From Thermoplasmata archaeon (GTDB lineage Archaea > Thermoplasmatota > Thermoplasmata > RBG-16-68-12 > SOIM01): a stretch of DNA of 64,000 nt. The notes under the pieces were generated by a model. That model did not search any database. It had not been told where the DNA came from and saw nothing but the letters and a program-made list of their open reading frames with translations. The stretch is taken from the NCBI GenBank assembly GCA_023140195.1, contig JAGLME010000032.1, positions 52,220-116,219 of the forward strand, given 5' to 3'. The position numbers and the translations under genes are program-made. Below, in pieces: positions 38,378 through 47,351 of the stretch (position 1 is the first letter of the stretch; each line of letters begins with the position of its first letter).

Positions 38378-41149
38378 CTACTCATCCTCCTCGGTCGAAG
38401 GCAGGGCCTCATCATCGACTTCCATCCCCATCATGTCCTTCTCCTTCTCACCATATCCGGTGATCTCCTTCTCCACCTCCAGGAGGTTGTAGTCAGCCTC
38501 TCCCAGGACTTCCAGCAATACATCGTCCATGTCCACAGGGTCACCTTGAACGCTCCTAGATGGGTCCACGTTGTCCTCTCCGAATTTGAATTGAATGATT
38601 GTGTCTGCTGTGTTGCGGACCGTCCTGTCCTCTTTGACCTTCAGATCCTCCAGGGCATTGACGAGCCTCCTCTGCATGTAACCAGATCTGGATGTTCTAA
38701 CAGCTGTATCGACCAGACCCTCTCTACCGCCCATGCTGTGGAAGAAGTACTCCGTTGGAAGAAGACCGCTCTTGTAGCACGACTTGACGAAGCCCTTCGC
38801 GTCGGCTCCAAGGTCGCCCGCTTCGAAGTGTGGCAACGTTCTGTTCCAGTATCCTCTGGACAACCTCTCGCCTCGGACCGCCTGTTGCCCAATACATCCA
38901 GCCATCTGGCTGAGGTTGAGCATGGACCCTCTTGCACCGCTCTTGGCCATTATGACCGCAGAATTCTCCAGACCCAGATGCTTTCCCGCGATCTCTCCTG
39001 CGGTGTTCCTAGCCTTACCAAGTTCCTGAAGCGCTTCCACCTCGAGCGTTTCCTCCAGAGACCGACCAGGTATCTGGTCCAACATGCCCTCTTTGTACGC
39101 TTCAACAAGGTCTTCGACCTTCTTTGCAGCCTTCCTGAGGACCTCGGCTATTTGTTTCTTCTCCTCCTTCGGTATGTCCTCGTCGTCTATGCCAGTGGTG
39201 AATCCTATGATCCCAATGGCACCGATGGCCAGCTTAGTGGCGTCGTCCAAGAACTCTCTTGCCCTGTCAGGTCCATAGTCCCGAGCGATCTTGTCCAGGA
39301 TCTTGCCCTTGAACGCTCCTATTCCTTTCTCGTCAATGGTTCCTGTCAGGATTTCCCCTTTCCTGATCTTGACATATCCGTCGTTCTCACAATTCTCCAG
39401 CTTGCACTCATCGCATTTCTGGCAGATGGACGCCTTGAAGTTCATGTTAAGGTCCTTCGGCAGGGCGGTGCTGAACAACTGCTTACCCGTCCAGTATTCC
39501 CCTTTCTTGTCCTTGATCTTGGGTTTTGGTATCTTGTCGAGATTCACCAGCGGGGCGAGAATATGCAGGGTCTCATCCCTGGTGAACTTCGAGTCCATGT
39601 ACGTCATCAGGAAGGCACCACTGATGTGGTCGTGAATGGCCCCGATCACCGGGCCTCCGAACCTCGGGGACAGTATGTGTTCCTGGACCTTCATCAGGAT
39701 TCTCGCCTCGGCTCTCGCCTCCTCGCTCTGCAGCGCGTGGAGGTTCATCTCATCTCCGTCGAAATCCGCGTTGTACGGTGGGCAGACCGAAAGATTCAGT
39801 CTGAACGTCTTGTTGGGCATGACCCTTACTTCGTGTGCCATCATGCTCATGCGGTGAAGCGAAGGTTGCCTGTTGAAAAGAACGATGTCTCCATCCTTCA
39901 GCTGTCTTTCTATGATGTATCCGTTCTCGATTGTCTCCGCCACAGTCTCGGCGTTCTTCTCGGTGATCCTGATCCTTCTGCCGTCCTCTCTTATCACGTA
40001 GTTGACGCCATGGACATATGCATCGCCCTCTGGCAAGGGACCCTTTGCCACCCATTCCTTGACCGTGTCGAAGTTGTAATCCTGAACCCTAACCGGAACT
40101 GTAAGCTCTCTGGCCGCTTCCACTGGCACGCCCACCTCGTTCATGGACAGCAACGGGTCGGGCGAGATGACCGTCCTGGCCGAGAAGTTGACCCTCTTTC
40201 CAGAAAGGTTGGATCTGAAACGCCCCTCTTTTCCCTTCAGCCTCTGCACTAGCGTCTTCAGCGGCCTACCTGATCTGTGTCTCGCTGGAGGTATCCCGCT
40301 TGTCTGGTTGTCAAAGTACGTGGTGATATGATACTGCAGAAGCTCCCACAAGTCCTCCACGATCAGTTGTGGTGCTCCCGCGTCCCTGTTCTCTCTCAAC
40401 CTCTGATTGATTCTCAAGACGTCTACCAGTTTGTGGGTGAGGTCATCCTCTGACCTGTCACCGCTCTCAAGGGTGATCGAAGGACGGACGGTCACCGGCG
40501 GCACCAAAAGGGCAGTCAATACCATCCATTCAGGTCTCGCAACAGCAGGCGCAATGCCCAAAGGCGGCAAGTCCTCGTCAGGTATCCGCTCCAGTCGTTC
40601 CCTCACCTCTTTCGGAGTGAGCTTGTGCCCGTCCTCCCTGAAAGTGGTGGGTTTGTCAAGCGTTATCTTGGACTGCTCTGTTGCACAATGAGGGCAGATC
40701 TGGCGCTTGCTCGCGTCCTTTGCGGTCTCCTTTGTGACCATCTGGATCTTGATGTAGCCTCCGCCCATCTCTTCGATGGTCTCCCTTTCCTCGGTATACT
40801 CCTCGATTTGCTTTCTCGTCAACAGCAGCCTCCCGCAGGATTTACAGGTCGCCTGAAGAAGCTTCTTGATATCTTTGATATATCCTACATGGACGACTGG
40901 CATAGCAAGATCTATGTGCCCGAAGTGACCGGGGCAGTCGTCCACTCTGCCTCCGCATGTCTTGCATCTCAGACCAGGTTCAATGACGCCCAAATGTGAG
41001 TCCATCAGACCCATGTCTATCGGAAAACCGTCATCGTCGTAAGTATCTGCGGTAATGATCTTGCTGCCCGACATCCTCCTGACCTCGTCAGGGGACAGAA
41101 GTGCGAATTTGATCGATTCTACACGTTTGGTCATTCCTCTATCCATCAC
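38378..41149 (-). CDS. rpoA1: DNA-directed RNA polymerase subunit A' (Rpo1N)
   Basis: 923 aa with Zn-binding motifs, NADFDGDEMN catalytic loop, clamp and bridge-helix regions. Confidence 0.95.
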   Translation of the reverse strand: MMDRGMTKRVESIKFALLSPDEVRRMSGSKIITADTYDDDGFPIDMGLMDSHLGVIEPGLRCKTCGGRVDDCPGHFGHIDLAMPVVHVGYIKDIKKLLQATCKSCGRLLLTRKQIEEYTEERETIEEMGGGYIKIQMVTKETAKDASKRQICPHCATEQSKITLDKPTTFREDGHKLTPKEVRERLERIPDEDLPPLGIAPAVARPEWMVLTALLVPPVTVRPSITLESGDRSEDDLTHKLVDVLRINQRLRENRDAGAPQLIVEDLWELLQYHITTYFDNQTSGIPPARHRSGRPLKTLVQRLKGKEGRFRSNLSGKRVNFSARTVISPDPLLSMNEVGVPVEAARELTVPVRVQDYNFDTVKEWVAKGPLPEGDAYVHGVNYVIREDGRRIRITEKNAETVAETIENGYIIERQLKDGDIVLFNRQPSLHRMSMMAHEVRVMPNKTFRLNLSVCPPYNADFDGDEMNLHALQSEEARAEARILMKVQEHILSPRFGGPVIGAIHDHISGAFLMTYMDSKFTRDETLHILAPLVNLDKIPKPKIKDKKGEYWTGKQLFSTALPKDLNMNFKASICQKCDECKLENCENDGYVKIRKGEILTGTIDEKGIGAFKGKILDKIARDYGPDRAREFLDDATKLAIGAIGIIGFTTGIDDEDIPKEEKKQIAEVLRKAAKKVEDLVEAYKEGMLDQIPGRSLEETLEVEALQELGKARNTAGEIAGKHLGLENSAVIMAKSGARGSMLNLSQMAGCIGQQAVRGERLSRGYWNRTLPHFEAGDLGADAKGFVKSCYKSGLLPTEYFFHSMGGREGLVDTAVRTSRSGYMQRRLVNALEDLKVKEDRTVRNTADTIIQFKFGEDNVDPSRSVQGDPVDMDDVLLEVLGEADYNLLEVEKEITGYGEKEKDMMGMEVDDEALPSTEEDE

Positions 41150-41158
41150 TTGATCACC

Positions 41159-44100
41159 TCAGGTAAGGTCCTCCAACTGGAGCCTCATTGCCACTCCCAG
41201 CGAAAGAAGCTCGTCCAGCAGCAGTTTGAACGCATAGCTCGTCTGCACCGGATAAATCTTGGAATTGTTCTCGCACACCGGACATCTCAGGTTCCCCTTT
41301 CTGTCCTTGATGGCAAAATGACCGCATTCCGGATTACCGCACACATATTGGAGGGTTCCATCCGACTCGTCCAGCAGCCTGTCCTTGATCACCATGGCTG
41401 CGCCGTGCCCTATCAGGCAGTCCCTCTCCATCTCTCCGAACCTGAGCCCGCCCTGTCTCGAACGACCCTCGGTCGGCTGTCTCGTTAGAATCTGGATCGG
41501 CCCCCTTGAGCGAACATGCAGTTTCCCGGAGACCATGTGGTGGAGTTTCTGGTAGTAAATGACCCCCACAAAAATCTCGGCATTGATCATGTCCCCTGTC
41601 AACCCGTCGTACATGACCTCCTTGCCATTTGACTTGAATCCGTTAGTTATCAATGCATTCCTGAGCGACTCCTCCCTCTCGCCGCTGAACGGGGTACCGT
41701 CCACGAATCTTCCGTCCATTGACCCGATCTTGCCGCCGATCATTTCCAGGACATGCGCGACGGTCATTCTGGACGGAATGGCGTGCGGGTTCATTATCAG
41801 GTCCGGAACGATGCCCTCGGCTGTGAATGGCATATCCTCCATGGGTGCTATCAGTCCAATGACCCCTTTCTGACCGTGCCTGGATGCGAACTTGTCCCCA
41901 AGCTCCGGAATCCTGAGGTCCCTGACCTTGACCTTCGCCAGCTTGCTCCCGTTCTCGGACTCGGTCAGCATGGCGCTGTCCACCCAACCGCGTTCTCCGT
42001 GCCGAACGGTGATGCTGGTCTCTCTCCTCTTCTGCGGCGTCAGAAAATCGGTTTCCTCCTCCAGGAATCGAGGGGGTGATGTCTTCCCGATGAGGACATC
42101 TCCTCCATCAACAGCAGCCTCTGGGCATATCATTCCGTCGTCCGGTGTGAGATTGCTGTACGACAGGTCAGCCCTGGCTCCCCTGACATCCGGTGAGGGA
42201 ATCTCGAAGTGGTCCTCCTGGCCACCGGGATATCTCCTCTCCTCGGAGCTATAGGTCCTCATGAAAGTGGACCGCCCAAGACCTCTGTCTATGCTGGCCT
42301 TGCTGAAGACCACCGCATCTTCCATGTTGTAGCCGCGATAGGACATGACCGCGACGACGTAGTTCTGACCGGCTGGCCTGTTGTTGAAATTGACGTATTT
42401 CATCTCATCAGTCTGGACAAGCGGTGCCTGCGGGTAGTGGAGAAGATGACCTCTCGTGTCCGGCCTCTTCCTGTAGTTCGACGCTCCGAGTCCCAAGGAC
42501 TGCTTCGCCATTCCGGCGCCCATTGTGACCCTGGGTGATGAGTTATGTTCGGGATATGGAACCAGACCTGCGCAGACCCCGAGGATCGTCATAGGGTCCA
42601 TCTCGAGATGCGTGTGTTCCGGCCTGAGAAGCGTCTCGACTTCGAAGACCTCATTGCAGTGGTGGCACTCCAGTCTTGCCATGTCATCCTCGCCCATATT
42701 GACCCAGCCCACATCATTCCTGGACAAGGGGGCTCTGCAGTGCTCGCATCGTGCTGGGACATCATAGGGATATATGGCGATGAACGAATCCTCTTCCTCC
42801 TCCGCATCCACCCATTCGACCACGCCGATCCTGACGAGGTCGCTCATCTTTCGCTTGCCCATGGTTACCTCTTCCAGATGTTTTGCAGTTAAGACAGGCC
42901 TTCCATCTTTGATCACTACCAGCGGTCTTCGTAGCCTCCCCTCGTCGCAGTTGATGACGACCTCATTCATGTGTCGGTCATGACGTATGTTGACCTCATG
43001 AGGGAGCAGACCTTCCCGTCTCCTTTCCCTGATCTTCTTGACCAGTAGTTCTGCGTTGTCGTGCAGGCCGACCAGGTCCCCGTTGATGTAGACCCTTGTG
43101 AGCGAGGTCTGTTCCCCCTTCACCTGTTGGGTCCCTAGATCAGCCAGTAGGACCTTGACTTCCCCCTCTGGCACACCCTCAGAAACATCGACGATCAGTG
43201 CACAGTTCTTCACCAGGCCGCAGTTCTGACCTTCAGGGGTCTCGTTGGGACACAGCCTCCCCCATTGTGTTGGATGAAGGTCCCTCGCCTCAAAGTGAGG
43301 CTGACTTCTTGTCAGCGGTGATGTGACCCTTCTCAAATGGCTGATCGCGCTCATGTTGGAGGTTCTGTCCAAAAGCTGCGATACGCCAGCCCTGCCGCCC
43401 ACCCAGTTTCCTGTAGCCAAAGCGTGGAGAAGTCTCTGCGTGAGCAGGTCTGGTCTAATGGACGAGGAGATCTTGACCTCCCTCTTTCTGGCATAGTTCC
43501 TCTCTACCTGGTATCTCAGGTCCTTGATGAGATTGGCGAAGCTCACTCTGAACAGATCTTCCATCAGGTCGCCAGCCAGTTTGAGCCTCTTGTTAGCGTA
43601 ATGGTCCTTGTCGTCCTGATGTCTCTTCTCCAAGGACAACTCAAGAACGGTTCGTGCCACACGACCCAAGAATATTGACTTCTTTAACCTGTCCTCGCGC
43701 GCATCTCCGAGATGGGGCAGAAGTGACCTGTCGATGATCGAGGATACCTTCCGTTCTCTGTATTCCTTGGCTTGACCCGTTGCGAACTTCTTCTCAAGCC
43801 AACTCAGTGCTTCGGCCTTGGTGAAGATTCCAGTCGGAGGGAACAGTTTCTTGTTCTGACATTCCTCGATGTTGGCATATACAATGTTCCTCATCTCCGG
43901 ATCGGAGACAATGGCCTCGAAGATATCCGCGTCGGAGTCCATCCCGAGAGCCTTCATCAGGATTATCAGAGGTATTTGGCCGGACGCTGTTGGCACGGAG
44001 ACCATCAGCATACCATCCTTCTTCTTCTCCATCAGTGTGAGCGCCCTGTAGCCCTCCTTCTGGGAGAAGACCTTGGCGACCTCCACCTTCTTCCCGTACC

Positions 44101-44749
44101 TCTCGCTGTATTCCACAAGGACCCTGTTTGGTGCGAGGTCCTCGAGCGAGATGGTCGCCCTCTCAGTACCGCCGATGATGAAGTAGCCACCTGGGTCGCG
44201 GGGATCTTCGCCCAACTCGATGAGTCTTTCTGTGTACTCCTCATCCGTCAGCTCCCCATCGTCTTCCAGGTTCTCCTTGTAGAGGGTGCACTTCTTGGAC
44301 TTGATCATTATCGGGAGTGAGCCTATCCTGACCCTTTCTGGCTCGTGTTCTACTCCGTTCTCGATCACCGTGAACTCCAGCTCTATCGGGGCTTGATAAT
44401 TCAGATTCCTGAGTCGTGCCTCCATTGGGGTCAGCTTGTGGGTCGCCCCGTTCGCCTCCCGAACCTCTGGCGCCCCAACACGGATGGTCGGCTTCGCCTC
44501 GTAGTCGATCTGGAACTTCTCGTCCCTTTTTCTGCCGAACCTGATTTCGACCATGTCGCCATCGGTTCTATCCTCATCCAGCCTTATCATTCCCCTCATT
44601 TCGTCCTCGACGCTGCTCCTGAGGTTGTCGACAATCCTCTGCATTCTGGCGTTCGGATTATCCAGCGTTGGCAGAAAATCGTTAAAGCTGGCTATATGGT
44701 GGTTTACTATGCTCCTCTCCCTGAAGAAGGCTTCAACAAGTTCTCTCAT
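41159..44749 (-). CDS. rpoB: DNA-directed RNA polymerase subunit B (Rpo2), unsplit
   Basis: 1196 aa. Conserved Rpo2 regions including the C-terminal Zn motif ([10 protein letters not shown]...CPVC). Single unsplit ORF. Confidence 0.95.
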   Translation of the reverse strand: MRELVEAFFRERSIVNHHIASFNDFLPTLDNPNARMQRIVDNLRSSVEDEMRGMIRLDEDRTDGDMVEIRFGRKRDEKFQIDYEAKPTIRVGAPEVREANGATHKLTPMEARLRNLNYQAPIELEFTVIENGVEHEPERVRIGSLPIMIKSKKCTLYKENLEDDGELTDEEYTERLIELGEDPRDPGGYFIIGGTERATISLEDLAPNRVLVEYSERYGKKVEVAKVFSQKEGYRALTLMEKKKDGMLMVSVPTASGQIPLIILMKALGMDSDADIFEAIVSDPEMRNIVYANIEECQNKKLFPPTGIFTKAEALSWLEKKFATGQAKEYRERKVSSIIDRSLLPHLGDAREDRLKKSIFLGRVARTVLELSLEKRHQDDKDHYANKRLKLAGDLMEDLFRVSFANLIKDLRYQVERNYARKREVKISSSIRPDLLTQRLLHALATGNWVGGRAGVSQLLDRTSNMSAISHLRRVTSPLTRSQPHFEARDLHPTQWGRLCPNETPEGQNCGLVKNCALIVDVSEGVPEGEVKVLLADLGTQQVKGEQTSLTRVYINGDLVGLHDNAELLVKKIRERRREGLLPHEVNIRHDRHMNEVVINCDEGRLRRPLVVIKDGRPVLTAKHLEEVTMGKRKMSDLVRIGVVEWVDAEEEEDSFIAIYPYDVPARCEHCRAPLSRNDVGWVNMGEDDMARLECHHCNEVFEVETLLRPEHTHLEMDPMTILGVCAGLVPYPEHNSSPRVTMGAGMAKQSLGLGASNYRKRPDTRGHLLHYPQAPLVQTDEMKYVNFNNRPAGQNYVVAVMSYRGYNMEDAVVFSKASIDRGLGRSTFMRTYSSEERRYPGGQEDHFEIPSPDVRGARADLSYSNLTPDDGMICPEAAVDGGDVLIGKTSPPRFLEEETDFLTPQKRRETSITVRHGERGWVDSAMLTESENGSKLAKVKVRDLRIPELGDKFASRHGQKGVIGLIAPMEDMPFTAEGIVPDLIMNPHAIPSRMTVAHVLEMIGGKIGSMDGRFVDGTPFSGEREESLRNALITNGFKSNGKEVMYDGLTGDMINAEIFVGVIYYQKLHHMVSGKLHVRSRGPIQILTRQPTEGRSRQGGLRFGEMERDCLIGHGAAMVIKDRLLDESDGTLQYVCGNPECGHFAIKDRKGNLRCPVCENNSKIYPVQTSYAFKLLLDELLSLGVAMRLQLEDLT

Positions 44750-44755
44750 TGAGGA

Positions 44756-45004
44756 TTACCTCCTTATTATCAATCTATACGCCTTTGCCTTGCCTGCGGT
44801 CTCGCTAGCCCGAGTTATCTCGACGACCATGCCCTCCTTGACCTCTTGGCCCTGACCCAGAATCTTGATGCACGGGTCCGTGAACTTGATCTTGGGGAGC
44901 TGTTCCTTGGAGATCTTTAGGTCAGAGATGACCTTCTGCAACTGTTTTTCATTCAACAACCTATGCTCTGGGACCAATTGGTGTTCCATAACGTTGAAGG
45001 GCAT
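44756..45004 (-). CDS. rpoH: DNA-directed RNA polymerase subunit H (Rpo5)
   Basis: 82 aa (HQLVPEHRLLNEKQL...). First gene of the rpoH-B-A'-A'' operon. Confidence 0.9.
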   Translation of the reverse strand: MPFNVMEHQLVPEHRLLNEKQLQKVISDLKISKEQLPKIKFTDPCIKILGQGQEVKEGMVVEITRASETAGKAKAYRLIIRR

Positions 45005-45056
45005 ATTCTACCTCTGGGTTTTCTCTCCTGGGGGGCGTTCGACCATGTGGGTTTGA

Positions 45057-45241
45057 CGGGCCCGCGGGGAATTTCGAGTCCTCCTGTGTCGGAGTTTCTA
45101 TTCGAACCCCGGACCACCTGGTTTCTTTCTAACTGGGTCGCGCAGCTTGTCTCTTCGATCACGTTAGATAAAAGCCAGATGCTCTTTCTAGGGAGTTTTG
45201 TCACTCAGACAAGAACTCCAACCTAGCTGAGCTACGGGCCC
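45057..45241 (-). tRNA. Intron-containing tRNA (185 nt). It has a canonical acceptor/D-arm, a probable ~50-nt intron at 37/38 (anticodon tentatively GAG, i.e. Leu), an unusually long region between the anticodon and T arms, and a ~30-nt insertion with a BHB-like hairpin inside the T-loop.
   Basis: Reverse complement: GGGCCCG-UA-GCUC-AGCUAGGUUG-GAGU-U-CUUGU-CUGAGU[..intron..]G-ACAAG ... C-CGGGG-UUCGAAU[AGAAACUCCGACACAGGAGGACUCGAAAU]U-CCCCG-CGGGCCC-G. Acceptor and T stems pair perfectly. The anticodon assignment is uncertain. Confidence 0.6.
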
Positions 45242-45479
45242 TACGCTTCTCCAGGCAAGCATGCGAACTGTAGCGATTGCTAAACACCCTTATTAACTTT
45301 TTGGCCGGACGGTCATTTGATCGGTCGATTTTCCGTTTTCTTGTATAAATTCAAAGAGTAAGATATTAATCCAAGGATAAAAACCCAAAAAAACAATAAA
45401 TATAAATATGAGTGCTCAAAACAGCCCTGGAATCCGATAAAATCTTTATATTAAGCCATTATTCTTAGGACGGGTTCAA

Positions 45480-45644
45480 ATGGAAGAACAAAGATGCTCA
45501 TCCTGCGGGGCCATCCTTTTCGGAGAAGGCAACGTCGTCTTCAAGTGCCCTAAATGTAGTGAGAGCGAAATCGGGCGCTGCTCCAATTGTAGGGATCAGA
45601 GCGTCACTTACGTATGCAAGGCTTGTGGCTTCGAAGGACCTTAG
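45480..45644 (+). CDS. Small Zn-ribbon protein (55 aa, two CxxC...CxxC knuckles), the conserved upstream partner of EF-1beta in archaea (COG2888-like)
   Basis: Manual translation: MEEQRCSSCGAILFGEGNVVFKCPKCSESEIGRCSNCRDQSVTYVCKACGFEGP*. It is too short for the ORF track. TTTATATTA box about 25 bp upstream. Confidence 0.7.
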   Translation: MEEQRCSSCGAILFGEGNVVFKCPKCSESEIGRCSNCRDQSVTYVCKACGFEGP

Positions 45645-45653
45645 GTGGGAAAC

Positions 45654-45914
45654 ATGGGAAAAGTGGCAATTACATTCAGGCTGATGCCGGAAGGCCTTGA
45701 GACCAACATTGATAAGCTTCAGGAAGATGTCAAGGCCGTTCTGGGAGATTATGTGAAGTCGATGCAGTCCAAACCCTTCGCTTTCGGTTTGAACGCATTG
45801 TACGTGGTGGCTCTGGTTCCAGACGAGAAAGGTATCGCTGATAAGCTGGAATCCTCACTTGGCGAGATCAAGGAGGTCCAGGGCGTTGAGGTCGTAGGTC
45901 TGGACCTTTTATAG
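45654..45914 (+). CDS. ef1b: Elongation factor 1-beta (aEF-1beta)
   Basis: MGKVAITFRLMPEGLETNIDKLQEDVKAV... matches aEF1B. A GTG nine nucleotides upstream is an alternative start. Confidence 0.9.
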   Translation: MGKVAITFRLMPEGLETNIDKLQEDVKAVLGDYVKSMQSKPFAFGLNALYVVALVPDEKGIADKLESSLGEIKEVQGVEVVGLDLL

Positions 45915-45998
45915 GCCAGTCGCCAGATATGCTCGCTCCATAGTCTGTGTATTCTCTGATACTACTTATCTGAAAACGCTTAAATAAAGGAGGATTAC

Positions 45999-47351
45999 AT
46001 GCTCGGTGCGATGCCTTTGATTCCGTTCGACATCGGTGGGGATATCTCCCAGTTCTTTGGGGACTACGGGCTAATCATACTCGTGGTCATAATCATGTTC
46101 GTCGTGATGCTATATGGGCTGGCCTACTTCTCGAGGTACGTCGAGTTCCAGAAGCTGAAGGAAAGCAAGTATCTTGATGATTCCATACTGAACATGATTA
46201 ACAAGGCTGTTCATGTTATCGTGATATTCATCGTCCTGATGCTCTCCATCGTCCTTATCCAGACGAGGTCCGAGGCGGTTCGGAGCGGATTGATCACCTT
46301 CTTTGAGTTCTTCCCTGCGATCTTCGTTGTCATTGTCATCCTTTTCACGGTCTACGTGTTCATGAAGGTCCTGGAGAGATTGATCATATCTCTCCGAAGC
46401 CAGGTATCCAAGGGGGACGCGGCCATTGAGACCTCACGTTTCCTGAGCTTGACTGAGGTATTCCTCAAGTACGCGATATACACACTTGGCACCTTGTTCG
46501 CCATTTTCGGAGGGTTGGCCGCTTTGCCCAGTGGTGATCTTAAGTCCTGGGTCGTGGATAACGTATTCGGCCCTCTGGGCACCAAATGGCAGAGCCTGGC
46601 CTTCGTGGCCATAACCATCTTGATCGCTTATGTTCTCCACATGTTCATCGACTCGGTGTTCGAGGATTACAAGAAGAGATCGAAGAAGTTCAGTCCAAGG
46701 GTAATCGATGTGTTCAGGGCGATATCGAAATACGTATTCATATTCATCACTGGAGTCATTGTTGCATTGATACTGCTGAGCACCGTTGTTTCCGAGACCG
46801 AGATATATGTAATCGCAATCGGGTTCTCCATCATGGCGGCAGGCGTCTCGATAGCTCTCGCTGGCCCTATCAGGAATGTCCTCTCCGGGATCGTCCTCAT
46901 GATGGCAGATCCATTTGACGAGGGTGACCGCGTGAAGATCCTCGACCACTTGGTCTGCGATGTTCTGCAGATGAACCTGACTTTGACCACTGTGAAGTCC
47001 CTGAAGGGTGAGGTCATCAACATCCCCAACGGCGAGGTCATGTCCAAGAGCATCGTCAATTTCACCCGCTCTGGCGCCTACGCAATGAATGTTCATGTCA
47101 GCGTTTCTTTTCACGTTCCCCACAAACATGTCGAGGAGATCCTGATCAAGGCGGCGGAAAGGACCGAAGGTATCATGGAAAAGCCTGAGCCACAGGTCTT
47201 TGGGCGGGAAACTGAGGGGAATGCGATCATACATCAGCTCTTGGCATACATAGAGGATCCGATGGAGATGAAGAAGGTCAAGAGCGAGCTCGTCTACAAC
47301 GTACAAGACCTGTTTCATGAGAACGGAATCACCGCTCTTTTCAAGGACTAA
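45999..47351 (+). CDS. Mechanosensitive ion channel, MscS family
   Basis: 450 aa, several TM helices, and an MscS C-terminal domain (MMADPFDEGDRVKILDH...VHVSVSFHVP). SD-like AGGAGG upstream. Confidence 0.85.
   Translation: MLGAMPLIPFDIGGDISQFFGDYGLIILVVIIMFVVMLYGLAYFSRYVEFQKLKESKYLDDSILNMINKAVHVIVIFIVLMLSIVLIQTRSEAVRSGLITFFEFFPAIFVVIVILFTVYVFMKVLERLIISLRSQVSKGDAAIETSRFLSLTEVFLKYAIYTLGTLFAIFGGLAALPSGDLKSWVVDNVFGPLGTKWQSLAFVAITILIAYVLHMFIDSVFEDYKKRSKKFSPRVIDVFRAISKYVFIFITGVIVALILLSTVVSETEIYVIAIGFSIMAAGVSIALAGPIRNVLSGIVLMMADPFDEGDRVKILDHLVCDVLQMNLTLTTVKSLKGEVINIPNGEVMSKSIVNFTRSGAYAMNVHVSVSFHVPHKHVEEILIKAAERTEGIMEKPEPQVFGRETEGNAIIHQLLAYIEDPMEMKKVKSELVYNVQDLFHENGITALFKD

Noticed and set aside
38546-40252. 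568-aa plus-strand ORF inside rpoA'
   Set aside because: It is antisense to the conserved RNAP A' subunit, with no recognisable motifs.
46434-47318. 294-aa minus-strand ORF antisense to the MscS gene at 45999..47351
   Set aside because: Shadow ORF. The sense strand encodes a well-supported MscS channel.
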